Assembly (NCBI RefSeq): GCF_009914755.1
Contig: NC_060938.1
Reading direction: 5' to 3' (one strand)
DNA: 64,000 bases
Source of the DNA: the human T2T-CHM13v2.0 reference genome, Homo sapiens
Below, one piece after another: positions 11,938 to 24,089 of this stretch (its first letter is position 1; each line of letters begins with the position of its first letter). The position numbers and the translations under genes are program-made. Under the pieces are notes generated by a model. The model was not told the DNA's origin. It saw nothing but the letters and a program-made list of their open reading frames with translations, and ran no database searches.

Positions 11938-13500
11938 GACCTCACCAAATAAACTAAATATGGCTCCACTGACCAATCCCAGAATGACTAAACAAATAGT
12001 CTGTCCATGCTGAGCTGCCTGGAGTTGTGAGTGGGGTGACACAAAAAGAACACAGTTGGAGGCATCACATTACCCAACTTCAAACTATGCTACAGGGCTA
12101 CAGTAATCAAGACAGCATGATACTGGTACAAAACCAGACATGTAGACGAATGGAACAGAATAGAGAGCCCAGAAATAAGGCCACATACCTATGAATGCCT
12201 AATCTTCAACAAAGCTGACAAAAACAAGCAATAAGGAAAAGACTCCCTATTCAATAAATGACGCTGGCATAACTGGCTAGCCATATGCAGAAGACTGAAT
12301 CTGGACCCATTCCTACACCATATGCAAAAACCAACTCAAGATGAATTAAACACTTAATGCAAATTCCAAAACTATAAAAACCCTGGAAGACAACCTAGGC
12401 AATACCATCCTGGAGAAAGGAACAGGCAAAGATTTCATGACAAAGACACCAAAAGCAATCACGACAAAAGCAAAATTGACAAGTGGGATCTAATTAAACT
12501 TAAGAGCTTCTGCACAGCAAAAGAAATTATCAACAGAGGAAACAGAAAACCTACAGTTTGGGAGAAAATATTTGCAAACTGTGCACCTGACAAAGGTATA
12601 ATATCCAGCAGCTATAAAGAACTTAAAAGAATTTAGGAGAGAATAACAACCCCATTAAAAAGTGGGAAGAAGGCATGAACAGACACCTTTCAAAAGAAGA
12701 CATATATCTAGCTAATAAGCATATGAAGAAAAAGCTCAATATTGCTGATCATTAGAGAAATGCAAATCAAAACCACAATGAGATACCATCTCACACCAGT
12801 CAGAATGAATATTATGAAAAAGTAAAAAAATAACAGATGCTAGAAAGATTGCAGAGAAAAGGGAACACTTATACACTGTTGGTGGAAGTGAAAAGTTGTT
12901 CAACCCTTGTGGAAAGCAGTATAGCAATACTGAAAGGGCTAAAAGCAGAACTACCATTCAACCCAGCAATCCAATCCCATTACTGGGTATATACCCAGAA
13001 GAACATAAACCATTCTACCATAAAGATACATGCATGCAAATGTTCATTGCAACACTATTTACAATAGTAAAGACATGGAATCAACCTAAATGCCCAGAAA
13101 TGACAAATTGGATAAAGAAAATGTGGTACATATTCACCATGGAATACTACGCAGCCACAAAAAGAATGAGATCACGTCTTTGCAGGAACATGGATGGTGC
13201 TGGAAGCTACTATCCTCAGGAAATGAATTCAGGAACAGAAAACCAAATACTTCATATTCTCACTTACAAGTAGGAGCTAAATGATAAGAACTTATGAACA
13301 CAAAGAAGGAAACAACAGACACTAGGGTTAGTTGAGGGTGGAGAAGGGTGGGAGGGAGAGGAGCAGAAAAGATAACTATTGGGTTCTGGGCTTAATTCCT
13401 GGGTGATGAAATAACCTGTACAACAAGCCCCCATGACATGAGTTTACCTATGTAACAAACCTTCACATGTACCCCCAAACCTACAATAACAGTTAAAATA
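11938..13500 (+). mobile_element. 5'-truncated L1PA (L1PA14-like) nested in host ORF1, with a 107-bp templated 5' filler
   Basis: ORF2 C-terminus (PIPLLGIYP...KTWNQPKCP) and L1PA 3'UTR. Host ORF1 resumes at 13501 (...CTAAAAGT|TATTGGCC). Short TSD aaagt. Confidence 0.9.
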
Positions 13501-13904
13501 AAGTTATTGGCCTTAAAGTGGAGGGTGAGAAAGTGATTTGAGTAGAAAGTTTATTCAAAGGGATAGTAACAGAGAGCTTTCCAAACCTAGAAAAAAAAAT
13601 CAATATTCAAGTACAAGAAGGTCAAAGAACACCAAGTAGATTTAATCCAAATAAGATGGTCACAAGGCATTTAATTATTGGACTCCCACAGGTAAAGGAT
13701 AAAGAAAGCATCCAAAAAGCAGCAAGAGAAAAGAAACAAATAACATACAATGGAGCTCTAATATGCCTGACAGCAGACTTCTCAGTGGAAAACTTACAGT
13801 CCAGGGGAGAGTGGCATGACATATTTAAAGGCTTGAAGGAAAAACAACAACTTTTATCCTAGAATAATATATCTAGTGAAATATCCTTAAAACATTAATG
13901 AGAA

Positions 13905-14088
13905 GGTGGGGGTCTGGGGGAGGGATAGCATTAGGAGAAATACCTAATGTAAATGACAAGTTGATGGGTGCAGCAAACCAATATGGCACATGTATACCTA
14001 TGTAACAAATCTGCATGTTGTGCACACGTACCCTAGAACTTAAAGTATAATAATAAAAAAATAAATAATAAAGGCCACAAAGATGAAA
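13905..14088 (+). mobile_element. Short L1PA 3' fragment (L1PA6-like) nested in host ORF1
   Basis: GGGATAGCATTAGGAGAAATACCTAATG...AACTTAAAGTATAATAA. 16-bp TSD AAAACATTAA(T/G)GAGAA at 13889-13904 and 14089-14104. Confidence 0.92.
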
Positions 14089-17000
14089 AAAACATTAAGG
14101 AGAAATAAAGACATTGTTAGACAAACAAAAGCTGAGGTATATCATAAACATCAGACCTGTCCAACAAGAAATGGTAAAGGGAGATTTTCAATCTGAAAGA
14201 AACAGAGGCTAATGAGCAGGAAGAAATCATTTGAAGGTATAAAGCTGACTGGTAATAGTAAGTACACAGAAAAATACAGAATATTATAACATCATAATCG
14301 TGGTCTATAAACAACGCAGGTCTTTGAGTAGAAAGACTAAAAAGATCAGCCAATGCAAAATAATAACTTTAACAACTTTTCCAGACATAGTATAATAAGA
14401 TATAAATGGAAACAATAAAAGTTAAAAAGTGGGGGGATGAAGTTAAAATGTAGAGTTCTTATTAGTTTTCTCTTTGTCTGTTAGTTTCTTTGTTTTTGCA
14501 ATCAGTGTTAAGTTGTCATCAGTGTAAAATAATGGGCAATAAGATATTATTTGAAAGCTTCATGATAACCTCAAATCAAAGAACATATAACAGGTACATA
14601 AAAATAAAAAGCAAAAAGCAAGATATTAAAACATAACATCAAAGAAAGTTATCTTCACAAAAAGAAAGACTGGGAAGAAAGAAGAAAGGAAAAGAAGACT
14701 ACAAAACAACCAGAAAACAAATGACAAAATGTAAGAAGTAAGGCCTTATTTATTAATAATACCATTGAATGTAAATGGACTAAAGTCTTTAATCAAAATA
14801 CAAAGAGTGGCTGAATGGATTAAGAAAAACAAAGCAAAACAAGATGCAATGACCTGTTGCCTGCAAGAAACACACTTCACCTATAAAGACACATAAGACT
14901 AAAAATAAAAGGATGTAAAAAAGTATTTCATGCCAATGGAAACTAAAAAAAAGTAGGAGTGGCTATCCTTATATTAAAAAAAATAGATATCAAGCCAAAA
15001 ACTATTCAGAGACAAAGAAGGTCATTATTTAATGACAAAGGTGTCAATTCAGCAAGAGGACATGGAAATTATAAATATATATGCATCCAACACTGGACAA
15101 CCAAGATATATAATGCAAATATTATTAGAGCTAAAGTGAAAAATAGACCATCATACAATACAGTTGAAGACTTCAATACCCCAGTTTCAGCATTGGATAG
15201 ATCACCCAGACAAAAAAAAAAAGAACAAAGAAACATTAGATTTTATCTGTACAATAGACTAAATTGATCTAACAATATTTACAGAACATTTCAATGGCTG
15301 CAGAATACCCATTCTTCTCCTCACCACATGGATTATTCTACAGGATGGATCGAATGTTAGGCCACTAAACAAGTCTTAAAAAACTTTTTTAAAATGGTGA
15401 AATCATATCACGTATCTTCTTTGATCACAATGAAATAAAACTATAAATCAACAACAAGAGAAACTTTGTAAACTATACAAACACATGGAAACTAAACAAT
15501 ATGTTCCTGTATGACTAGTGGGTCAATAAAGAAATTAAGAAGAAAATTAGGACATTTCCTGAAACAAATGAAAATGAAGACAACATACCAAACTCTATGG
15601 GACACAGCAAAATCAGCACTAAGAGAAAAGGTTATAGCAATAAATTCCCACATTAAAAGAGTAGAGAAACTTCAAATAAACAACCTAACAATTCATCTGA
15701 AAGAACTAGAAAAGCAAGAGCAAATCAAATTCGAAATTAGTAGAAGAAAAGAAATAATAAAGATCAGAGAAAAATAAAATTAAAATGAAAAAATATATAT
15801 CAAAGGTTAATGTAACAGAAAATTGTTTTTTTTGAAAATATAAACACAAATGACAAACATTTAGCAGGACAAACTACAAAAAAAGGGAGAAGATCCAAAT
15901 AAATAAAATCTGAGATGGAAAAGGAGACATTAAAATTGACACCACAGAAATTCAAAGGATCCCTTTTGGCTACTACGAGCAACTATATGCCAATTAATTG
16001 GAAAACCTAGAATAAATGGATAAATTCCTAGACATATACAACAATCTCTACAATGAAAATTATAAAACATAAATGCAGGAAATCGAAGAGGACAAAAAAA
16101 TGGTAAAGATATTCCAGGTTCAGAGATCGGAGGAATTAATATCATAAAAATTTCCATACTACCCAAAGCAATATACAGATTGAATGCAATCCCTACCAAC
16201 ATACCAATGACAATTTTCACAGAAATAGAAAAAATAATGCTAAAATTTATACGGAACCACAAAAGACTCAGAATAGCCAAAGCCATTTTGAGGAAAAATA
16301 ACAAAACTGGAGGATCACATTATTTGACTTCAAATTATACTACAGAGCTATAGAAACCAAAACAGCATGGTACTGACATAAAAACAGACACAAAAAAATG
16401 GAACTGAGCAGAAAAACCAGAAATAAATCTATGCATCTACTTTGAGCTCATTTTCAATAAAGGTGCCAAGAATATGCACTGGGGGACAATCTCTTTAATA
16501 TGTAATGCTGGAAAAATGGGATATCCATATGCAGAAGAATGAAGCAAGAACTCTATCTCTTGCCATATACAAAAAATCAAATAATAATTGATTAAAGTCT
16601 TAAATCTAAGACTTCAAACTATGAAACTACTACAAGAAAACATTGGGGAAATTCTCCAGGATATTAGTCTGGGCAAAGATTTCTTGAGTAATACCCTAAA
16701 AGCACAGGCAACCAAAGCTGAAATGAACAAATAGGATCAAATCAAGTTAGAAACTTCTGCACAGTAAAGGAAACAATCAACAAAGTGAAGCGACATTACA
16801 TAGAATGGGAGAAAATATTTGCGAACTATCCATCTGACAAGCGATGAATAACCAGAATATATAAGGAGCTGAAATGACTCAATAGGAAAAAAAACTAATA
16901 ATCTGATTTTAAAATGGGCAAAATATCTGACTAGACATTTCCTAAAGAGGACATACAAATGGCGAGCAGGTATATGAAAAGGTGCTCACAATCACTGATC

Positions 17001-18807
17001 ATCAGATAAATGCAAATCAAGCTATAATGAGATATTATCTTACCCCAGTTAAAATGACTTTTAACCAAAAGACAGGCAATAAGGAATGCTGGTGAGGATG
17101 TGGAGAAGAGGGAATCCTTGTACATTATTGGTATGAATGTAAATTAGTATGGCCACTATGGAGAATAGTATGGAGGTTTCTCAAAGAACTAAAAATAGAA
17201 CTACCATATGATTCATCTGTCCCACTGCTAGGTATATAATCCCAATAAAGGAAATGAGTATATTAAAGATATATCTGCACTCTGAATTTTTGCAGCACTA
17301 TTCACAATAGTCAAGATTTGGAAGCAAGCAAAGTGTCCATCAACAGACAAATAAATAAAGAAAATGTGGTACATATACACAGTGGATTACAATTCAGCCA
17401 TAAAAAGAAGGAGATCCTGTCATTTGCAAAAACATGGTTGGAACTGGAAGTCATTATGTTGAGTGAAATAAGCCAAGCACAGAACGATGAACTTTGCATG
17501 TTCTCAACTTATTTGTGGGAGCTGAAATGAAAACGAGTGAAATCATGGAAATAGAGAATAGAATGATGGTTACCAGAGGCTGGGAAGGGTAGTGGTGGTA
17601 GGAAGGAAGGGAGTGGGGATGGTTAATAGGTATAAAAATATAGTTAAATAGGATGAATAAAAAGTAGCACAACAGAGTGAATAAAGTCAGCAATAATGTA
17701 TTGTATATTTAAAAATAACTAAAAGTATAATTGAAATGTTTGTAACACAAAAAAATTGTACATACTTGAGTTGATGGATACCTCATCAACTTGAAATGAT
17801 GGATACCTCATTTCCCTGATGTGAATATTACACATTGTATGGCTGTATCAAAATATCTCATGTACCCTATAAAAACCTACATCTTCTATGTATCCAGACA
17901 CATTTAAGAAAAAGAAATTATTATTGAATAAATGAACTCTCTCTTACAACTAACCCTAAAGTTTATGTCAGTGTTTGTTGGACAATGGGTAAAATTTTTT
18001 TTGAATAACTGAAAAATCTCTTATTGAAAAATTCTAAAATAGAATTAAATTGAGCATTTGCCTGCCTTTGCTGAGGAAAAGAATATATAACTTAAGTAAA
18101 TTTTCCTTTTCAAGATTCTCAGATTTGAGGTGGTCAGTATAGATTTCCAAATAGCTAAGAAATACGAAAACCTCCTTTCTTCTTCACAGTGTAAAAACAT
18201 GATTTAAGTTGTCTGGATTTCATGAAGTTTGGCCTGCAGGTATAGAACTGGTATGTGCTAGGGGCCACAATTTGTTTGAACTTGGCAGTCTTTATTGCCC
18301 ATTTTAATTAATTTTCTTTGTCACATTTCATATATTTCCTTTACTGCATTCAGGGGACTGACTGTATAGAGGTGCCCCGGGGTGGCTAATTTAACACCTG
18401 AAATTTCCATTATTATTTTTTTTTATGTCTCAGATTGACTTGTGGGCAATGATGTGCTTACGTATGGTAGAGAAAATTTCCATAGCAGGCATTCTGTTTT
18501 GGATAAGTTTGCATTAAAAGCTCTTAATAGGGACAGCATATTTCCTTTGAAGTTCCTGGACAAGACCTACTGTAATTCCTGTCTTGCTTTTATTTAGCCA
18601 GAGAATATAGCTACCCTGATGTCTGTTCTTGGTTCAAATCTCATTAGCTTGGTGTTTGCATTCACTACTTGTGCAATGATGAATAATTTTTTATTTGAAT
18701 AAGGCCCCTGGGAACATATACACATGTGCATGTACATGAGTTGATTAGAAATTCTCTGTGTAGTTATGACTGAGAAGCAGAGAAGTGAAGACATAATATT
18801 ATATCAT

Positions 18808-18945
18808 TCTTAAGTTCCAGTCCCAGTCTCTAATATGGAGCTGTGATCCTAGGGCAATCACACAATAGGCCCTCAATTTCCTCAGATATAAAACTAGGAG
18901 AATGATAGTTCTTTGCTTACAGAGTTACTATATTAATTTAATTTA
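18808..18945 (+). mobile_element. MIR fragment
   Basis: GCTGTGATCCTAGGGCAA...CCTCAATTTCCTCAGATATAAAA resembles the MIR core. Confidence 0.6.
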
Positions 18946-18971
18946 AAAATAGGTAGAAAATAATCCAGTAA

Positions 18972-19309
<338 letters not shown>

Positions 19310-19335
19310 ACCTGTTTTACATTGAGAAAACCAGT

Positions 19336-19693
19336 TGATATAGTTTGGCTATGTCCCGCCCAGATTGTGTCATGAATTGTAGCACCCACAATTTCCATGT
19401 GTTGTGAGAGGGACCTGGTGGGAGGTAATTGAATCATGGGGGCAGGTCTTTCCTATGCTATTCTCTTGATAGTGAATAAGTCCCACGAGATCTGATGGTT
19501 TTATAAAGGGGAGCTTCCGTGTACAAGTGCTCTTCTCTTGTCTGCTGCCATGTGAGATGTGCCTTTCATCTTGTGCCATGATTGTGAGGCTTCCCCAGCC
19601 ATGTGGAACTGTGAGTCTGTTAAACTTCTTTCTTTTATAAATTGCCCAGTCTTGGGTATGTCTTTATCAACAGTGTGAAAATGGACTAATACA
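19336..19693 (+). mobile_element. MaLR solo LTR, THE1B-like
   Basis: TGATATAGTTTGGC...GGACTAATACA; perfect 5-bp TSD CCAGT. Confidence 0.95.
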
Positions 19694-19704
19694 CCAGTAA
19701 AGCA

Positions 19705-19915
19705 GGAGGTGTTGGAGACAGACCTGGATCTGAAGCTCCCCTCCACCACTTACTAGCTATGTGACTTCTCACTGCCTGGGTGTTCCTCATCCATAAGATG
19801 GGGACAATAATACAGTCTCTGCTCATGGCTTACTGTGAGGACTAAATTAAAAATTCATTGCATAAGGCGTTTATGCAATGTCATGATAAAGTAAGTATGC
19901 AATTAATTATAGTTA
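19705..19915 (+). mobile_element. MIR
   Basis: CCACCACTTACTAGCTATGTGAC...TTCCTCATCCATAAGATGGGGACAATAATA. Confidence 0.75.
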
Positions 19916-22111
19916 TCTTACTTTGGGGGTAATATTTGTGATAGATTATTTGTTCCTCTGATACAAGTTCTTGTACCTTTGACATCCTGTGTAAAGAAGC
20001 CAAAGCTCCTTTCCATTTAATTATTAATAACTTCACATGGTAGGAAAGGCACTTCCTTACCTCTCTAAACAACCTATTTAACAAATCCAGCAATCACAAT
20101 ACAGGGAATTCTTTTCTTTACGATTAACATGTGTCATGTCAGTACTTGAGTGTTAATATAAGAGGACTTAATGAGAGAGCTCCCTCTTTTAGGATGTAAA
20201 CCACTGCTTAGTTCCTAAAAACTGAGGCAGAAAAAAAGTAGCCAAATACATAAATAAATTTCGTCTGATAATAGCCGTAATTTGTCAGATTAGCTGAAGC
20301 AGGCAGCACAGAACTGAGAATATATTAATAAATAAATAAATGAAGGGATGGATGCATAAATCAATGAATGAGAAACAGTTTGATACACTAATTATAAAAG
20401 CAGATACTAGGTGAAAAATGATTTCAGCAAATGGGAAGTGTTAAGAATAATTTCTGTATGCAATTGTCAGACATGTAATAGAAGGGAGAGGAACTCAAGT
20501 AAGAGAAATGGAACACTGGGAGGTGATGGAAAGAATTAGACGTGGAGTTAAGGTGTCTCTTTCCATTTTTGTAGCATTTTCAGAACTAGTAACCTAATTT
20601 CAGGGCTCATCCAAATTCCTCTCATCTTTGCTTTGCTTATGGCCACTTCTCCTACCTTACTTATAAATTAAGCTATGATAACAAACAATCTTCCAAAAGT
20701 GATATTTAAAATAAAATTGAGTAGACTACTGAGCACAATCAGATCTATTAGAGGTGTCTATTTAAAAAGAATAATCAATTAACACATACACATTTAGAAT
20801 GTATCATGTGTTAAGTGAGATAGGAACAAACTCCAAGGAGTAAAATGTTACCTATAAAAATGCAGCAATGATCTAATTGAGGACACAAATATAAATTTTT
20901 TAAGTATAAAAAAGAGGATTGAACCTAATAGTCAAACAAGAAATGGGGTGTTAACAAACTATTTCTTTCTCGCTCCTTTAACTTATTAAGTTCCTGCAAT
21001 TTTCCTACTATACTCCTGGACTGTGGTAGACAGTCAACTTAGTCAGGGAAACAGGAAATTGGAGAGAGTCCCATTCAACAATCAAAAGAGCTGTACACAC
21101 ATCCATCTCTGTACAAATTTCCCATGCTGATTAGCATAGGCTCTACTCATTTTTCCTGCAGTTAGAGAGGCAGTCATTTCTGTTTCTCCTCTCTCCTTAT
21201 GTGCCAATCCAACTCTTATTCCCATGTATGGTCTTTCATTTAGCCAAGTGTAAGGCTTTCTCTTTCAATTTTATTCAACCTTAGCCTTCTCTAATTCGAC
21301 AGAAAAGTTGTGGGGAGCCAAAAACAATCCAGCACATCATGGAAATAAAAATAAAACCACTCAATATTGTTAGAAAAATAATTCACTACTGAGCAACGAA
21401 AATCAATAGATAGACTCTGTTGTCATCTTATCTACCTTCCTAATAAACTCCGGACCTATCTTCAGCAATAGATTAAGAATCCCTCTTTTCTATGACTTTT
21501 GCATTTACCACTGTATCTGTGAGGAATGCTCCTACTCTCTCATTTTATTGTTTGTTTTTCTTTGCCTTTAGAATTTTTACTTTAACAGTTATGTCCATAT
21601 TTTTATATGAATTAAATCACTTGTGGGTAATTATTATTTGTCTTCACCCTATAGCTGACTGTCCTGAAAGTGAGTGCCAGCATGAATTGTGAGGGTCACT
21701 GAGCCTATGTATTTGGCTGGCACAGCTAACTGTTGTTCTGAAAAATTTCAGAGGCTAAACACAAAAGCCTCATTTCTCACTCATGTAACACATCAGTGCC
21801 AGTATTTGATGGTGAGTCGAGTACCCTAGTTCCTTCCATCTGTGAATTTATCATGCCCTAGGGCTTCCTAATTCTCTCCTGGATCTTTGCATCCAACTGG
21901 AAAAAGAAGAAAAAGAGAGTGGAGAGAATAATGAAAGAGCATTTATGGGCCAGGCCTGAAGGCAGTGACCATCACTCCTACTCTCAATCTAATAACGAAG
22001 ACTGAGCAACATAACAGAAGGGAAAGGTAGCTGGAGCACATTGGGAAAGTGAGACATAGTTGATGAACAATTAATCAATCTCTGCCTTGGTCTGAACCTT
22101 GGGAAACAATG

Positions 22112-22186
22112 TTCTACCCATTCCTACAACATAAAATACACATATCCAAAATTCTATCCATTCCTACAACATAAAATACACATATC
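22112..22186. repeat. 35-bp direct repeat (period 40)
   Basis: 22112-22146 vs 22152-22186, 1 mismatch. Confidence 0.95.
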
Positions 22187-22472
22187 TTCTCCTCAAGTGA
22201 GCTAATGTAAAGCCCGATTTATTGATTTATTGTGTCCACTTATAAGTCCATAGATTATGGACTTATACGCTCCTCAGAGTGTAATGACTCCTCAGAGTGT
22301 AAAACAATTGTAAAAACAATTGTTTTTTCCAAAGCTTTAAGGGTCTTGACAGTAATGTCAAGGTAATGACATATGAACTAAAAAGATTTCTACCACTCAC
22401 CAGCACCCAATATACAATATTAGAATAGGAAGGAAATAACTCAGTAAGGTTCTACATTTAGAAAAAGGAGTA

Positions 22473-23805
22473 ATGCATAGTTCACAAATGTTTTCTTCCA
22501 TTCTGTAGGTTGTCTGTTTGCTCTGTTGATAGTTACTTTTGCTGTGCAAAAGCTCTTTCATGTAATTAGATCCCATTTGTCAATTTCTGGTTTGCTGCAT
22601 GTGGAATTAGACAAAAATTATTTATGGAGGCCGACATTGAGATGGTTTTCTCCTAGAATTTTTATAGTTTAAGGTCTTACATTTAAATGTTTAATCCATC
22701 TTGAGTTAATTTTTGTACATGGTAAAAGGCAATGGTCCAGTTTCATTTTTAAGCATATGGATAGCCAGTTATTCCAGCACCATTTATTGAATAGGGAGTC
22801 CTTTCCTTATTGCTTATTTTTGTCAACTTTGTAGAAATCGAATAGCTGTCAGTGTGCAGTTTTATTTCTGAGTTCTCTACTCTGTTCCATTGGTCTATGT
22901 GTCTTTTTGTTTTTTGTACCGGTACCCTGCTGCTTTGGTTACTGTAGCCTTACAGTATAGTTTGAAGTTTGATAGTGTGATACCTCTGGCTTAGAATTGC
23001 TTTGGGTATTACAGCTTTTTTTTTGGTTCCATATGCATTTTATAATATATTTTTTCTAATTCTGTGAAAAATGAAATAGGTAGTTTGACAGGAATAGCAC
23101 TATATCTACACATTGTTTTGAGCAGTATGGTCATTTTAATGATACTAATTCCTCAAATCCATGAACATGGAATGTTTTTCCATTTATTTGTGTCATCTCT
23201 GATTTATTTCGGCAGAGTTTTTTTAAGTAGGAGCTAACACACTGAGCACACATGGATATAAATAAGGGAATAGTAGCCTTATCTAGTAGTCTGTGGACTA
23301 CTAGAGATGAGAGGGAGAGAGGAGGTGTGGGTGGAAAAACTACTTATTGGGTACTATTTTCATTACCTGGGTGAAGAGATCCATACCCCAAACCTCAGCA
23401 TCATGAAATATACCCAGATAACAAACCTGTACTTGTACCCACCTACCCTGTATCTAAAATAAAAGTTGATTAAAAAAAGAAAGGAAGGCTGGGTGCTGTG
23501 GCTCATGCCTGTAATACCAGCACTTTGGGAGGCTGAGGCAGGTGGATCACGAGGTCAGGAGATCAAGACCATCCTGGCTAACACAGTGAAATCCCATCTC
23601 TACTAAAAATACAAAAAGTTAGCTGGGGGTGGTCGTGGGTGCCTGTAGTCCCAGCTACTCTGGAGGCTGAGGCAGGAGAGTGGCGTGAACCCAGGAGGCG
23701 GAGCTTGCAGTGAGCCGAGATCGAGCCACTGCACTCCAGCCTGGGCGACAGAGCAAGAAGCCCGTCTCAAAAAAAAAAAAGGAAAATTAAAAAAAGAAGA
23801 ATGAC
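22473..23805 (+). mobile_element. 5'-inverted old L1PA (L1PA17/L1PREC2-like)
   Basis: 22473-23222 is ORF2 on the minus strand; 23223-23480 is the 3'UTR and tail on the plus strand. Degenerate TSD agaaaaaggagta / agaaaagagta. Confidence 0.85.
23487..23780 (+). mobile_element. AluY inserted in the L1 A-tail
   Basis: GATCACGAGGTCAGGAGATC, CATCCTGGCTAACAC, GGCGTGAACCC; TSD aaaggaa. Confidence 0.93.
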
Positions 23806-23848
23806 AGAAAAGAGTAGACATTAGTCCATTCTGATTCTGAATCCTGTT

Positions 23849-24089
23849 GAATACAATATAAAATATATAAAATATACAGAATATGTGTTAATCAGCTAAT
23901 TATTGGTGAGTCTTCTGGTCAACCTATTCGTATTAGGTTGGATCAAAAGTTATTGTGGTTTTTACCATTAAAAAACTGCAATTACATTTGCACCAACCCC
24001 AACATAATAGTCAAGTTTTTTCAGAGTAGATTTTCAACTGTAAGGGTTGGTTAATACTCCTAATCCCTGCAGTGCTCAAAGGTCAACCG
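23849..24089 (+). mobile_element. Tigger2a/MER28-like fragment
   Basis: ATATGTGTTAATC...TCTGGTCAAC...CTCAAAGGTCAACCG|TA terminus. Confidence 0.75.
23933..24002. mobile_element. MADE1 (Hsmar1-derived MITE) nested in the Tigger2 fragment
   Basis: TTAGGTTGGATCAAAAGTTATTGTGGTTTTT...AAAAACTGCAATTACATTTGCACCAACC, palindromic, TA on the left. Confidence 0.88.

Larger units (their letters stand above)
9465..17917 (+). mobile_element. Near full-length old LINE-1 (L1M1-type 5' end, L1MA2/3-type 3' end) with two nested L1PA insertions and an internal ORF2 deletion
   Basis: About 2 kb of 5'UTR with repeated monomers. ORF1 remnant from ~11484 (track ORFs 11643-11882 and 13656-13862). ORF2 remnant from ~14720 (track ORF 15511-15777, TYQTLWDTAKSALREK). 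L1MA-type 3'UTR and A-tail at ~17910. Confidence 0.9.

Noticed and set aside
11643-17530. L1 ORF1/ORF2 peptide fragments as functional CDS
   Set aside because: Frameshifted and stop-riddled, interrupted by nested insertions, RT core deleted; the 38.5-47.3 kb L1 remnants are similarly degraded.
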